DNA of 64,000 bases from Desulfatiglandales bacterium (GTDB lineage: Bacteria; Desulfobacterota; DSM-4660; Desulfatiglandales; Desulfatiglandaceae): the NCBI GenBank assembly GCA_963662465.1, contig OY759599.1:4736001-4800000 (forward strand). The letters are read 5' to 3'. Below the pieces are notes generated by a model. That model did not search any database. It was given only the letters and a program-made list of their open reading frames with translations, and was not told the origin of the DNA. Positions within the stretch are counted from its first letter, which is position 1. Each line of letters starts with the position of its first letter. A program made the position numbers and the translations under genes. Of the stretch, positions 1 through 8,865 are shown in pieces.

Positions 1-90
1 AACGGAAGGGATCTTAAGGCTTTCAAAGAACCTTTAACACCTTATTTTCTGAAAGCCTGTCACAAAAAACAAGAAATTCATTGACGGAAC

Positions 91-125
91 AACTTAAAAC
101 TTAAAACCTAAAACTTAAAACTTAT
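91..125. repeat. Heptamer tandem repeat (AACTTAA)x5, two units imperfect
   Basis: aacttaa aacttaa aacctaa aacttaa aacttat, ending 4 nt before the ATG at 130. Confidence 0.85.
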
Positions 126-129
126 AAAG

Positions 130-1857
130 ATGACAAATCCCATTGAACAACATCAGGACCGTTTGGAAAAGGTTCTTGAACTGCTTCGAAAGGGGGGGCT
201 TTTTTCCCTTTCCCCCGAAAAACAGGAAACCCTGGAAACTGAAGCAGGCCTGCTTTCCCGGAAACTGGAGAAGATGGAAGCCCGGTACCTGACCATCGGT
301 CTGGTGGGGGGAACGGGGGTGGGCAAATCAACCCTGATGAATGCCCTGGCAGGGGAATCCATCGCCTCCACCAGTCACCGCCGGCCCCATACGGACAAAG
401 TCCTCATCTACCGACATGCGTCAGCCCAGCCGTCCTTTCCAGGTCCCGTGGACGTGCCCCGGCAGGAGATTCTGCATCAGGGTGCGCGCATTCGGCACAT
501 CCTGCTCTGCGACCTTCCGGATTTTGACAGTCTTGCGGGCGAACACCGTGAACGGGTAATCCGGTTCATGGCGCACCTGGATCTGGTTCTCTGGGTCACT
601 TCCCCCGAAAAATATGCGGATAAAAAATTCTACGAGTTCCTGTTGCAAGCCCCCAAGGCCAAAGAAAATTTCACCTTTGTCCTGAACAAGGCGGATTTGC
701 TGTTTAACGGGGAGACCCCGGAAAAGGGGTATGGTCAACTTACCCTGGTCATGACCCGGTTTAATGAACTCCTGAAGGAAAAGGGGATTGCCGAACCCAT
801 CCTGTTTGCCCTGGCTTCAGAGGAAGCCTTTCAAGGAGACGCCCTTTCTCCGTGGAACCAGTTTCCGGCCTTTCGGCAACATGTTTTCAGGGAACGCAAT
901 GCCAAACAGATTTCCGCCATTAAGGCCATGAACCTGGATGTGGAGATTCAAGCCCTCACCGCTGTTTTCGAAAAGGAGATCCACCATCTGGATCGTGCAG
1001 GTCATATCCTGGATGATGCCGTAAAGGACCTCGAGACCCAGCGATCCGAATGGGTTAAAACCGGGAAAGAGATCATCGATCGCTGGTTCGGAAACCGGGT
1101 CCAGGAAAAGATTTCGCTTTATCAGGGTGATATTTCCCGGTTGGTGGGACCGGGGTATGCCCTGGCCATGGTGTTTCCTTCCTTTGGAAAAGGGTTTGAA
1201 CAAAACGCTGAAAAACAGAGCGATATCTCTATTTTTAAACCCCCGGATCCAATTTCCGACGCCTTTCATCACCGGTTGGCGTGGGTGGAAGACCGTCTCA
1301 GTCACCGCTTTCTCAATGAAAATCTTCCCGCGTCACTTCAATCACGGCTCGGGGAAACCCTTTGCGTGTCGCGTCGCTTTGAAAATCTGGGAGAAGCGTT
1401 TTTTCAAAGGGCAGCGACCTATGTCGCGGAAAAACGCCGTTCTCCCTTATGGGGATTTCGCTTTTCGCAGTGGGTGGTCTATGGGGTTCTGCTGGTGGCC
1501 TTTCTTCTCTCCGTGGGGGGAGAGGATAAATGGCGACATCTTTTTTTGACGCCTTCAGCCGGTGTTGTCATGGACCTGTTCCTCTCCATGATCCACACCC
1601 TTTTCAGCACCCGGGGCCTTGCGGCCCTGGGAAGTTTTGCCGTCATTAACCTGTGCGTCGGATGGGCTTTTTACCGGCGCTACCGGACAATCCTGATCGC
1701 CGATACCCGTAAGCACATCGGCCGCCTAAAGGGCTCCCTGAACCGAGTCTGGGCCGACAGCCTGACGGAGATGGCGTCGGATCTTGCGGCATTCAGAGAG
1801 GAAATGCACAGCCGGCGGGAAACGCTGTCGCGGCTTCACCATCAGCACTCGGATTGA
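130..1857 (+). CDS. Dynamin-like/Era-type GTPase with C-terminal membrane segments
   Basis: G1 GGTGVGKS, G3-like DLPD, G4 NKAD; long helical region; two hydrophobic segments near the C-terminus. Confidence 0.8.
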   Translation: MTNPIEQHQDRLEKVLELLRKGGLFSLSPEKQETLETEAGLLSRKLEKMEARYLTIGLVGGTGVGKSTLMNALAGESIASTSHRRPHTDKVLIYRHASAQPSFPGPVDVPRQEILHQGARIRHILLCDLPDFDSLAGEHRERVIRFMAHLDLVLWVTSPEKYADKKFYEFLLQAPKAKENFTFVLNKADLLFNGETPEKGYGQLTLVMTRFNELLKEKGIAEPILFALASEEAFQGDALSPWNQFPAFRQHVFRERNAKQISAIKAMNLDVEIQALTAVFEKEIHHLDRAGHILDDAVKDLETQRSEWVKTGKEIIDRWFGNRVQEKISLYQGDISRLVGPGYALAMVFPSFGKGFEQNAEKQSDISIFKPPDPISDAFHHRLAWVEDRLSHRFLNENLPASLQSRLGETLCVSRRFENLGEAFFQRAATYVAEKRRSPLWGFRFSQWVVYGVLLVAFLLSVGGEDKWRHLFLTPSAGVVMDLFLSMIHTLFSTRGLAALGSFAVINLCVGWAFYRRYRTILIADTRKHIGRLKGSLNRVWADSLTEMASDLAAFREEMHSRRETLSRLHHQHSD

Positions 1858-1859
1858 TG

Positions 1860-2819
1860 TCAGGTGAGCGTGAATTTGGACCCGACGCTGTTCAGGATAA
1901 AGGCATCCGGGAAGGCTTTCCGAAATTGTTCGATGGCCTTCCAGCCGGTGCAATGCATGGGGACGATCATCTTCAAATCCATTTTCTTGAATGCCTCAAT
2001 GGTTGCCTCGATGATGGGTTCAAAGGTCGGACCGGACAGGTGAAATCCACCGATGACCCCGTAAATTTCGTTTATTCCGGTTATTTTTTTCGCATAGTTC
2101 ACCGTATTGACAATTCCCGCGTGGGCGCACCCTGAAATCACCACCAGGCCCTTTCCCTTCAAATGGATCACCAGGGACTGGTCGTCCCGTATGGGGTCGG
2201 GTTCTTCTTTTCCATCCCGGAACAGAAAGGCGTTGAGCGTGCCTTTTTCAAATGGGGTTGTCCGTTCCACCTGGCCGGTGACCAGCAGCCCGTTGCCGCA
2301 AAGGGAAACCGGCGCTGTTGATTCAAGGATTTCAACCCCGAGGGAGGCCAGTTCATCCCGCTTCAATGTACAGGGAAAACGAAGTTTTTTCCCCTCACCG
2401 ATACCCAGATACCGGGGAGACAGAAACGCTTCGGGATGAACCACCAGGGGCATGGGCTTATTCAGACCTTCCAGAATAGCATGGAGTGAACCGGTATGAT
2501 CCATATGGCCGTGACTCAATACGATGGTCTCAATTTCTTTCAGGTCAATACCCAAAAATTCAAGATTGTGCGGCACACCGATAGGGCTGTAGCCCGTATC
2601 AAAGAGAATGCTGTAAATTTCCTTCTGTCGCCGCACCCTTACCAGTTGGGAAAGTCCGTGTTCAGCCAGGAGGGTGTCGGTGGGGATTTCTTCACCCCTT
2701 GTCAAAGGCGCTCGAGTGACCGGCCCTTCGCTTTGAAGCAGGACGTCCGAATAGTTGTCCATCAGGGTGACGATTTCAATTTGATCAACCGGGTCCAGTT
2801 TAAAGTGTTTTTGTTCCAT
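1860..2819 (-). CDS. Metallo-beta-lactamase-fold hydrolase
   Basis: AEHGLS, FDTG, SHGHMDHTG, GCAHAG, GGFHL and PMHCTG motifs; ATG at 2819 preceded by GGAGG. Confidence 0.85.
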   Translation of the reverse strand: MEQKHFKLDPVDQIEIVTLMDNYSDVLLQSEGPVTRAPLTRGEEIPTDTLLAEHGLSQLVRVRRQKEIYSILFDTGYSPIGVPHNLEFLGIDLKEIETIVLSHGHMDHTGSLHAILEGLNKPMPLVVHPEAFLSPRYLGIGEGKKLRFPCTLKRDELASLGVEILESTAPVSLCGNGLLVTGQVERTTPFEKGTLNAFLFRDGKEEPDPIRDDQSLVIHLKGKGLVVISGCAHAGIVNTVNYAKKITGINEIYGVIGGFHLSGPTFEPIIEATIEAFKKMDLKMIVPMHCTGWKAIEQFRKAFPDAFILNSVGSKFTLT

Positions 2820-2971
2820 CAGGATTGCCTCCGTTGTTTTATGGGTCCATGGGTACATCTTTTAATCTACTTCTCCATGAACTCTATACCTTCTGGGAAA
2901 TGCACTGTACAGTGCAAAACAAAAGGGCTATACACATTATCCAAAATCATTGATGAAGGGACGTAGAAAAT

Positions 2972-3718
2972 TTGGCGTATTTCAGACAAACCCAAAAGAG
3001 TCATGCGGTAAAAACCATGTTTGACCGGTTGTCCGGTCGGTATGACCTCCTCAACCGATTGATCACCTTCGGTTTTGATAAAATATGGCGACGCCGGGTA
3101 GTGCAATTGACCCTGCTGCCCCCTGGCGGTCGCTTACTGGATCTGGGCACAGGCACGGGAGATATTGCCGTTGCCGCCGCTAAAAAGCACCCCACGGTGG
3201 AAGTTACGGCGGCGGATTTTTCTTTGGGCATGATGAAGAAGGGGAAAACCCGTCGGGGAGGCCGCCTGATCCGGTGGTGTTCGGCGGATGCTTTGGAATT
3301 GCCTTTCCCAGACCAAACCTTTGATGCGGTAACGTCAGGGTATCTGATTAGGAATGTGGCAAATCCCATTCGGGCCTTTGAAGAACAGTTGCGGGTGGTC
3401 AAGCCGGGAGGGGTTGTGGTGTGTCTTGAAACGTCCCCACCCAAAAAAAATATGCTGCAACCTTTGATCTTTTTTCACTTTAAGGTGATCATCCCTCTTT
3501 TGGGGCGTTTTATCGGCGGCAACAAAGCCGCCTACACCTATTTACCCGATACCACCAGAGGATTTATGCCCCCTGAACAACTGACGGCCACCATGAAAAC
3601 CGCGGGCCTGGAATCCGTCAGATGCCGGCTGTTCATGTTGGGCACCATGACCATCCACCAGGGGCGGCGTCCTGTGCGAAACCAATGTGGAGACAAAAAT
3701 GCCGATTTCCGTCTTTGA
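2972..3718 (+). CDS. ubiE: UbiE/MenG-family quinone C-methyltransferase
   Basis: MFDRLSGRYDLLNRLITFG, LLDLGTGTGD, DALELPFPDQTFD, AYTYLPDT. Confidence 0.8.
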   Translation: MAYFRQTQKSHAVKTMFDRLSGRYDLLNRLITFGFDKIWRRRVVQLTLLPPGGRLLDLGTGTGDIAVAAAKKHPTVEVTAADFSLGMMKKGKTRRGGRLIRWCSADALELPFPDQTFDAVTSGYLIRNVANPIRAFEEQLRVVKPGGVVVCLETSPPKKNMLQPLIFFHFKVIIPLLGRFIGGNKAAYTYLPDTTRGFMPPEQLTATMKTAGLESVRCRLFMLGTMTIHQGRRPVRNQCGDKNADFRL

Positions 3719-3754
3719 AAAATACTTTTTTAAGCCGATCCGAAAGGAATAAAA

Positions 3755-5287
3755 ATGATCAAATCCATGAACATCGCCTGGTGGGTGCAACGGTGGAGTG
3801 AATTACACCCGGATAAGGCCGCCATCCTATTTGAGGGGTCAACCATATCCTATCTTGAACTTCATGAGCGGGCCAACCGGGTCAGCTGCTGGCTTCAATC
3901 CCTGTGCATTCAAAAGGGGGACAGGGTAGCGGTCATGATGCGGAATTGCGTCGCCTTTATTGACCTTTATCTCGCATGCGCACGGCTGGGCGCTATTTTT
4001 GTGCCCATCAATTTCAGACTGACGGGTCATGAACTGGCCTACATCCTGAAAAATGCCCAACCCAGGCTTTTCGTATTTGGTAATTCATTTTGTAAAAGCG
4101 TGTGTAAACTGAACCTTCACAGCGGAATGCCCCCCATGCTGCCGGCGTGTCTGGAAGGACGACAGCACGGAAACGAGATCCTTTCATTTGAATCCGAATC
4201 AAAAAAATTTGACGGGCAAAAACCCTTTGTAACGAAATCACTGGGTCCCGTGGATCCTGAAGAACCCCATGTGATTATGTATACCTCCGGAACAACGGGG
4301 GCCCCTAAGGGGGCAGTGCTTTCTTATCGAAAAACACTGTTTAACTGCCTCAATGCGGATATCTTTTTCAAGCTCCATTTTGATGACGTCATGCTCATTC
4401 TCCTGCCCCTTTTCCATTCGGGAGGACTGTTTATTCAGGCGTCTCCCATTCTGTATAAAGGGGGGACCATGATCATACACCCTCAATTCGACGCCGTCAG
4501 GACCTATGAGGATATCAAGCGTTACAGGGTAACTAAATTTCTTGGGGTTCCAACCATTTACAGGGCGCTTTTGCAGCAGGATCTTCCGGTTCAAAAGGAT
4601 GTATCAACCCTTAAGGTTTCAGCCATCGGCGGCGAGAAGGTCACGCCGGAGCTGCAAAAATTGTGTCGTGAGGCCGGTTTTCCCGTGCGGCAGATCATGG
4701 GGCAGACGGAAACATCGATTCTTTTCTGGGCTTCCGAAGAGGATTCCATTCGAAAACCCGGAACCGTGGGTCGCCCCGTTTTTCATTCGGAAGTGATCCT
4801 CCTGGATGACGCAGGCCGGTCCGTAAAAACGGGCGAGGTGGGGGAAATCGCGGTCAGGGGTTCCATCATGATGAAAGAGTATTGGCAGGACCCCGTAAGA
4901 ACGGAAGAAACCATCCGAAACGGTTGGCTGCACACGGGGGATCTGGCCCGTATGGACGAAGACGGCTATTTTTTTCTCGTGGACCGGGTAAAGAACATGT
5001 ACATATCGGGTGGGGAGAATGTTTATCCCGTTGAAGTGGAAACGGTCCTGAAAACCCATACAGCCGTGAAAGACGCAGCCGTAGTGGGTGTGCCGAATGA
5101 GAGATGGGGTGAAGCAGGCAAGGCCTTTGTTGTCTTGAAAAAGGGCATGCATACCACATCTGAATCGCTTTTGGCACACTGTGAGGGACAGTTGGCCCGC
5201 TATAAATGGCCGGTGGAAATTGTTTTCTGCGAGGAGTTTCCGAGAACGGCTCTGGGGAAAGTCCGAAAAATGATGATCAATCAATAG
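3755..5287 (+). CDS. AMP-dependent acyl-CoA ligase (MenE/FadD-like)
   Basis: YTSGTTGAPKG, GQTE, WLHTGD, SGGENVYPVEVE, PRTALGKV. Confidence 0.9.
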   Translation: MIKSMNIAWWVQRWSELHPDKAAILFEGSTISYLELHERANRVSCWLQSLCIQKGDRVAVMMRNCVAFIDLYLACARLGAIFVPINFRLTGHELAYILKNAQPRLFVFGNSFCKSVCKLNLHSGMPPMLPACLEGRQHGNEILSFESESKKFDGQKPFVTKSLGPVDPEEPHVIMYTSGTTGAPKGAVLSYRKTLFNCLNADIFFKLHFDDVMLILLPLFHSGGLFIQASPILYKGGTMIIHPQFDAVRTYEDIKRYRVTKFLGVPTIYRALLQQDLPVQKDVSTLKVSAIGGEKVTPELQKLCREAGFPVRQIMGQTETSILFWASEEDSIRKPGTVGRPVFHSEVILLDDAGRSVKTGEVGEIAVRGSIMMKEYWQDPVRTEETIRNGWLHTGDLARMDEDGYFFLVDRVKNMYISGGENVYPVEVETVLKTHTAVKDAAVVGVPNERWGEAGKAFVVLKKGMHTTSESLLAHCEGQLARYKWPVEIVFCEEFPRTALGKVRKMMINQ

Positions 5288-5364
5288 TAATTGTTCACAG
5301 GGTGCAGTTGTCAGGGGGCAGTTGTGAACGGTTCCTTTTATGCGTTTGAGAGACGGTATCGGAA

Positions 5365-6066
5365 TTACGAAGACAACGCCGGGCTCCCCTTGATTTTTTT
5401 CAGAATCAAGGGGATGAAAAATGAAAACCCATAAAGGACAATCCCAAATAATACTTTCAAGGAAACCAGATCGCTCCACCTGCCGGAAATCCAGGCATCT
5501 CTGATCATGCCGCTTAAGAAGGTAATAGCGAAAACAGACACCATGACGCCCAGACCCGTCCCCAGAAAAAAATCCTTGAAATGGACTTTGGTAAGGCTCA
5601 ATCCGTAATTCATGGGAGTAAAAGGCGCATTGAGCAACCGGATATAAAGCACAGCGGTGAACCCGTTTTTTTCGATGGCGTCGTCATACTTTTTCAGCCG
5701 GTCGCCGATAGTGGATTTAATAAAATCCCGGCCCAGCGTCCTTCCCACAAAAAAAGCGCATCCTGCCCCTGCCCATACGCCGAGCCAACCATACAAAAAC
5801 CCCCAATAAGCGCCGAAAAGACCCGCCGCGAGAACGATCAGGATGCTTGCCGGAACAAAAAGGGCGATTGCCAGAGCTTCCAGGACTATAAAGACCGCCG
5901 GCGCCCAGAACCCCGATGCAGCAAGAATTGACGCCAGGGTCTTTGGGGTCATCAATTCCTTGACGGTGGTAAAACGATACAGGCAAAGGGCGCCGGCGGC
6001 AAAAAAAACCAGCCCCAGGAATTTGATCAATGCGCTTTTTGAAAGACCTTTTTGAAAATACCCCAT
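5365..6066 (-). CDS. TVP38/TMEM64 (VTT/DedA-like) membrane protein
   Basis: Hydrophobic; FFVGRTLGR, YIRLLNAPFTPMNYGLSLT, FFLGTGLG. Confidence 0.85.
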   Translation of the reverse strand: MGYFQKGLSKSALIKFLGLVFFAAGALCLYRFTTVKELMTPKTLASILAASGFWAPAVFIVLEALAIALFVPASILIVLAAGLFGAYWGFLYGWLGVWAGAGCAFFVGRTLGRDFIKSTIGDRLKKYDDAIEKNGFTAVLYIRLLNAPFTPMNYGLSLTKVHFKDFFLGTGLGVMVSVFAITFLSGMIRDAWISGRWSDLVSLKVLFGIVLYGFSFFIPLILKKIKGSPALSS

Positions 6067-6067
6067 A

Positions 6068-6853
6068 TTAAATCTGTCCCTTCAACCTGCCCCATATGAT
6101 CCCGAAATATTCATGGACCGCCCGTGTGGCATTATCCAAAGCGCTGACGTTTGGGAAAAGATCCTCAGGGGAAAAGGGCATTTTTACCCGTGACGTGGCG
6201 CCCGCCGGCCCGGGGATGGGAAACATTCCCAGGTTTTTAAAAAGAGCCATGGATCGTGGCATGTGCGTGGCGGAGGTCACCAGCACAAAGGGTTCCGTTC
6301 CGACCATCGGTTTGATCAAGCGAGCCTGGTCTTTTGTATCATTGGAAGTGGATTCAAGGATCATATCGCCTGCCGGGACCCCCATGAATTCGCTGACTTC
6401 AGCCATAACCACCGCTTCCGGAACGGGATCCGCGGCGCCGCCTCCCGACAGAATCAATTTGGCCCCGGGGTTCCGGCGCAGTATTCGAATCCCTTCCACC
6501 AGTCGGATCAGTGAATCTCCTGACATCCGGCCGGTTGCCGGAACAAGCGGATCGGATTTATGGCCACCCGCCAGCACCACCACATATTTTACCGAAGATT
6601 TGGGTTTTGCTTCGGATTTGGCGTACCGGTTTATTGCATAGGATTCATATCGGCAATCAAGAGGGGCATTTAATGCCCTTGCCACGGGATCATAGCTCAT
6701 CACCAAGAGCCCCATGAGGCCCAGGGTGGTCAGTATTTTTCCAGAAAAAGCCCTTTTGCCGCGCCAAAGAAAGAACAACCCCAAAAAAGAAATCAGAAGA
6801 CACAAGGGTAACGGCATCAGGAGTGAACCCAGTAATTTTTTGATGATGAACAC
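6068..6853 (-). CDS. elyC: ElyC/YdcF (DUF218) envelope biogenesis protein
   Basis: N-terminal TM, VVLAGG, LILSGG, ESTSNDT, LVTSATHMPRS, HEYFG. Confidence 0.8.
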   Translation of the reverse strand: MFIIKKLLGSLLMPLPLCLLISFLGLFFLWRGKRAFSGKILTTLGLMGLLVMSYDPVARALNAPLDCRYESYAINRYAKSEAKPKSSVKYVVVLAGGHKSDPLVPATGRMSGDSLIRLVEGIRILRRNPGAKLILSGGGAADPVPEAVVMAEVSEFMGVPAGDMILESTSNDTKDQARLIKPMVGTEPFVLVTSATHMPRSMALFKNLGMFPIPGPAGATSRVKMPFSPEDLFPNVSALDNATRAVHEYFGIIWGRLKGQI

Positions 6854-7077
6854 AATTTCTTCCCCCTATGGATGCCACCGATTGTAACCAATCCAGAGCC
6901 CAGGGTCAAAAAAACATTGTAAAAAGGGATGGAAAAGTATAAAAGAGTTTCTTTGAAATGTTGACGCATATTCTTTGTTTTGAATAACTATTTGGAATAA
7001 TGTTTAAAAAAGCTTGCCGTAACTTTGAGGGTTAAGGGCGTGTGTTTTGGGCAGCATTGTTTTTTTGGGAGATTCTG

Positions 7078-7308
7078 ATGGGTGACATCCTGGACTACTT
7101 TTTATGTGATAATTGCAACGGTAAGGACTTCAAACTTGTTTATAATTTTTGTCTTCGGTTTCATGGGGTCAACTTCTCAGATGATCTCATCTACGATAAG
7201 GCCGTGGATGAACGGTTCCAGTGTACAAAATGTGAAAAGACTTTTTCCAGAGAAGAAATAGAATCGGGATTGACCCGGTTGCGGAAAGCACGCATCAAAA
7301 GGGATTAG
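7078..7308 (+). CDS. Small zinc-ribbon protein (two CxxC)
   Basis: CDNC and CTKC; GGGAG before ATG 7078; stop overlaps the rng stop. Confidence 0.65.
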   Translation: MGDILDYFLCDNCNGKDFKLVYNFCLRFHGVNFSDDLIYDKAVDERFQCTKCEKTFSREEIESGLTRLRKARIKRD

Positions 7309-8837
7309 AGTTCAATGGAATACTGTTCCAAATGAAATTTTTCTTTTCCGATAATGATGATTCTTTTACCCGTTCTTTTTTCCAGATCAATCACCGACCC
7401 CTGTTCCTCTTCCCTCAAAATCTTGTCTACTTCAGGGTTAACAAGGATGTGAATGCTGCCGCCTTCTTCAAGATGGGTGCAATCCCTTTCCAGTTCCCTG
7501 AATATTTCATAGCAGATGGTTTTGGGGGATTTTAAAACGCCTCGCCCGTCGCAGTAAGCACAGGGTTCGCTCAGCAGTCGATTCAAACTGGCCCGGGTTC
7601 TCTTTCGGGTCATCTCAATGAGCCCCAAATCAGACATGGGAAGGATGTTGGTTTTGGCTTTGTCTTTACTTAATGCCTCTTTCAGGGCCATGAATACCCG
7701 TTCCCGGTTTGTGGGCTTCTCCATGTCGATGAAATCAATAACAATAAGCCCGCCGATGTTCCTGAAGCGAAGCTGATAGGCGATCTCTTTTACGGCTTCA
7801 AGATTTGTTTTTAGAATGGTTTCTTCGAGATTCCGCTTTCCCACATAACTTCCGGTGTTGACGTCTATTGACGTAAGCGCCTCCGTAAGTTCAATAACGA
7901 TGTAGCCCCCCGATTTCAACCAGGTTTTATTGCCGATGGCCCGGGAAATTTCAATTTCGATGCCAAAGGCATCAAAAATGGGACCGAGACCTTCATAAAG
8001 CTCAACGGAATATTTCAGTCTGGGGGCGAAGGTCTCAATAAATGCCATGACATTTTCGTACTCTTCGTCCGAATCGATAATCAGACGATCCACCTCCCGT
8101 GTAAACAAATCCCGAACCGCCCGCAACGTAATGGTGAGGTCTTTATATAAGAGTCCGGGATCATTGCCTTTCTCCATTTTACCCTTGATATTGTCCCAGA
8201 GTTTCAGCAAAAAATCCATTTCGGCTTCCAGTTTTTCCTTAGAAGTGTTTTCCGCTACCGTCCTGGCAATAAAACCAAAGGATCCCGGATTGATATCCTT
8301 TATAATGCCTTTGAGCCGCTCTCGCTCTTCTTTGTCCTCAATTTTTCGAGATATCCCGATATGATTCACTGTGGGCATAAGTACCAAATGTCTTCCGGGC
8401 AAGGATACATGGCTTGTCAGCCGTGCCCCCTTATTTCCAAGGGGCTCCTTTGAAACCTGCACCATAATGCTTTGCCCTTCATGGAGGAGATCCTCTATCT
8501 GGAAGCCGTTATGGTACGATTGCCTTGCCGGTGCGTCCTCAAAATCGTCAATATCCAGCGCCGCCTTGCCATCGCCGGCTTTAAGCATCATCTGCTCAAG
8601 ATCTGAAAAATCCCTGTAAACATCCGAGACGTAAAGGAAGGCGGTCCTGCCAAGGCTGACATCCACAAACGCCGCCTGCATGCCGGGCAAAACACGGACC
8701 ACCCTCCCGCGATAGATGTTTCCCATCAACTCCCGGCCGCTGTCTCTCTCAATGTGCAGCTCAACAACAACGCCGTTTTCAACCAGTGCAACCCGGGTTT
8801 CGTAAGATCTGGAATTGATGATCAGTTCGCTTGACAT
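7305..8837 (-). CDS. rng: Ribonuclease G (Rne/Rng family)
   Basis: GNIYRGRVVRVLPGMQAAFVD, IDVNTG, GGLIVIDFIDM, CAYCDGRG. Confidence 0.95.
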   Translation of the reverse strand: MSSELIINSRSYETRVALVENGVVVELHIERDSGRELMGNIYRGRVVRVLPGMQAAFVDVSLGRTAFLYVSDVYRDFSDLEQMMLKAGDGKAALDIDDFEDAPARQSYHNGFQIEDLLHEGQSIMVQVSKEPLGNKGARLTSHVSLPGRHLVLMPTVNHIGISRKIEDKEERERLKGIIKDINPGSFGFIARTVAENTSKEKLEAEMDFLLKLWDNIKGKMEKGNDPGLLYKDLTITLRAVRDLFTREVDRLIIDSDEEYENVMAFIETFAPRLKYSVELYEGLGPIFDAFGIEIEISRAIGNKTWLKSGGYIVIELTEALTSIDVNTGSYVGKRNLEETILKTNLEAVKEIAYQLRFRNIGGLIVIDFIDMEKPTNRERVFMALKEALSKDKAKTNILPMSDLGLIEMTRKRTRASLNRLLSEPCAYCDGRGVLKSPKTICYEIFRELERDCTHLEEGGSIHILVNPEVDKILREEEQGSVIDLEKRTGKRIIIIGKEKFHLEQYSIEL

Positions 8838-8865
8838 AAAGTGGGCTCCCCTGGATTTTCCGGCT

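Noticed and set aside
1..84. 3' end of an upstream CDS (frame 1, stop at 82-84)
   Set aside because: Only 27 codons visible; cannot be supported or assigned.
2972..5287. Complete menaquinone operon (menG + menE)
   Set aside because: No other men or mqn genes; ligase substrate cannot be determined from motifs.
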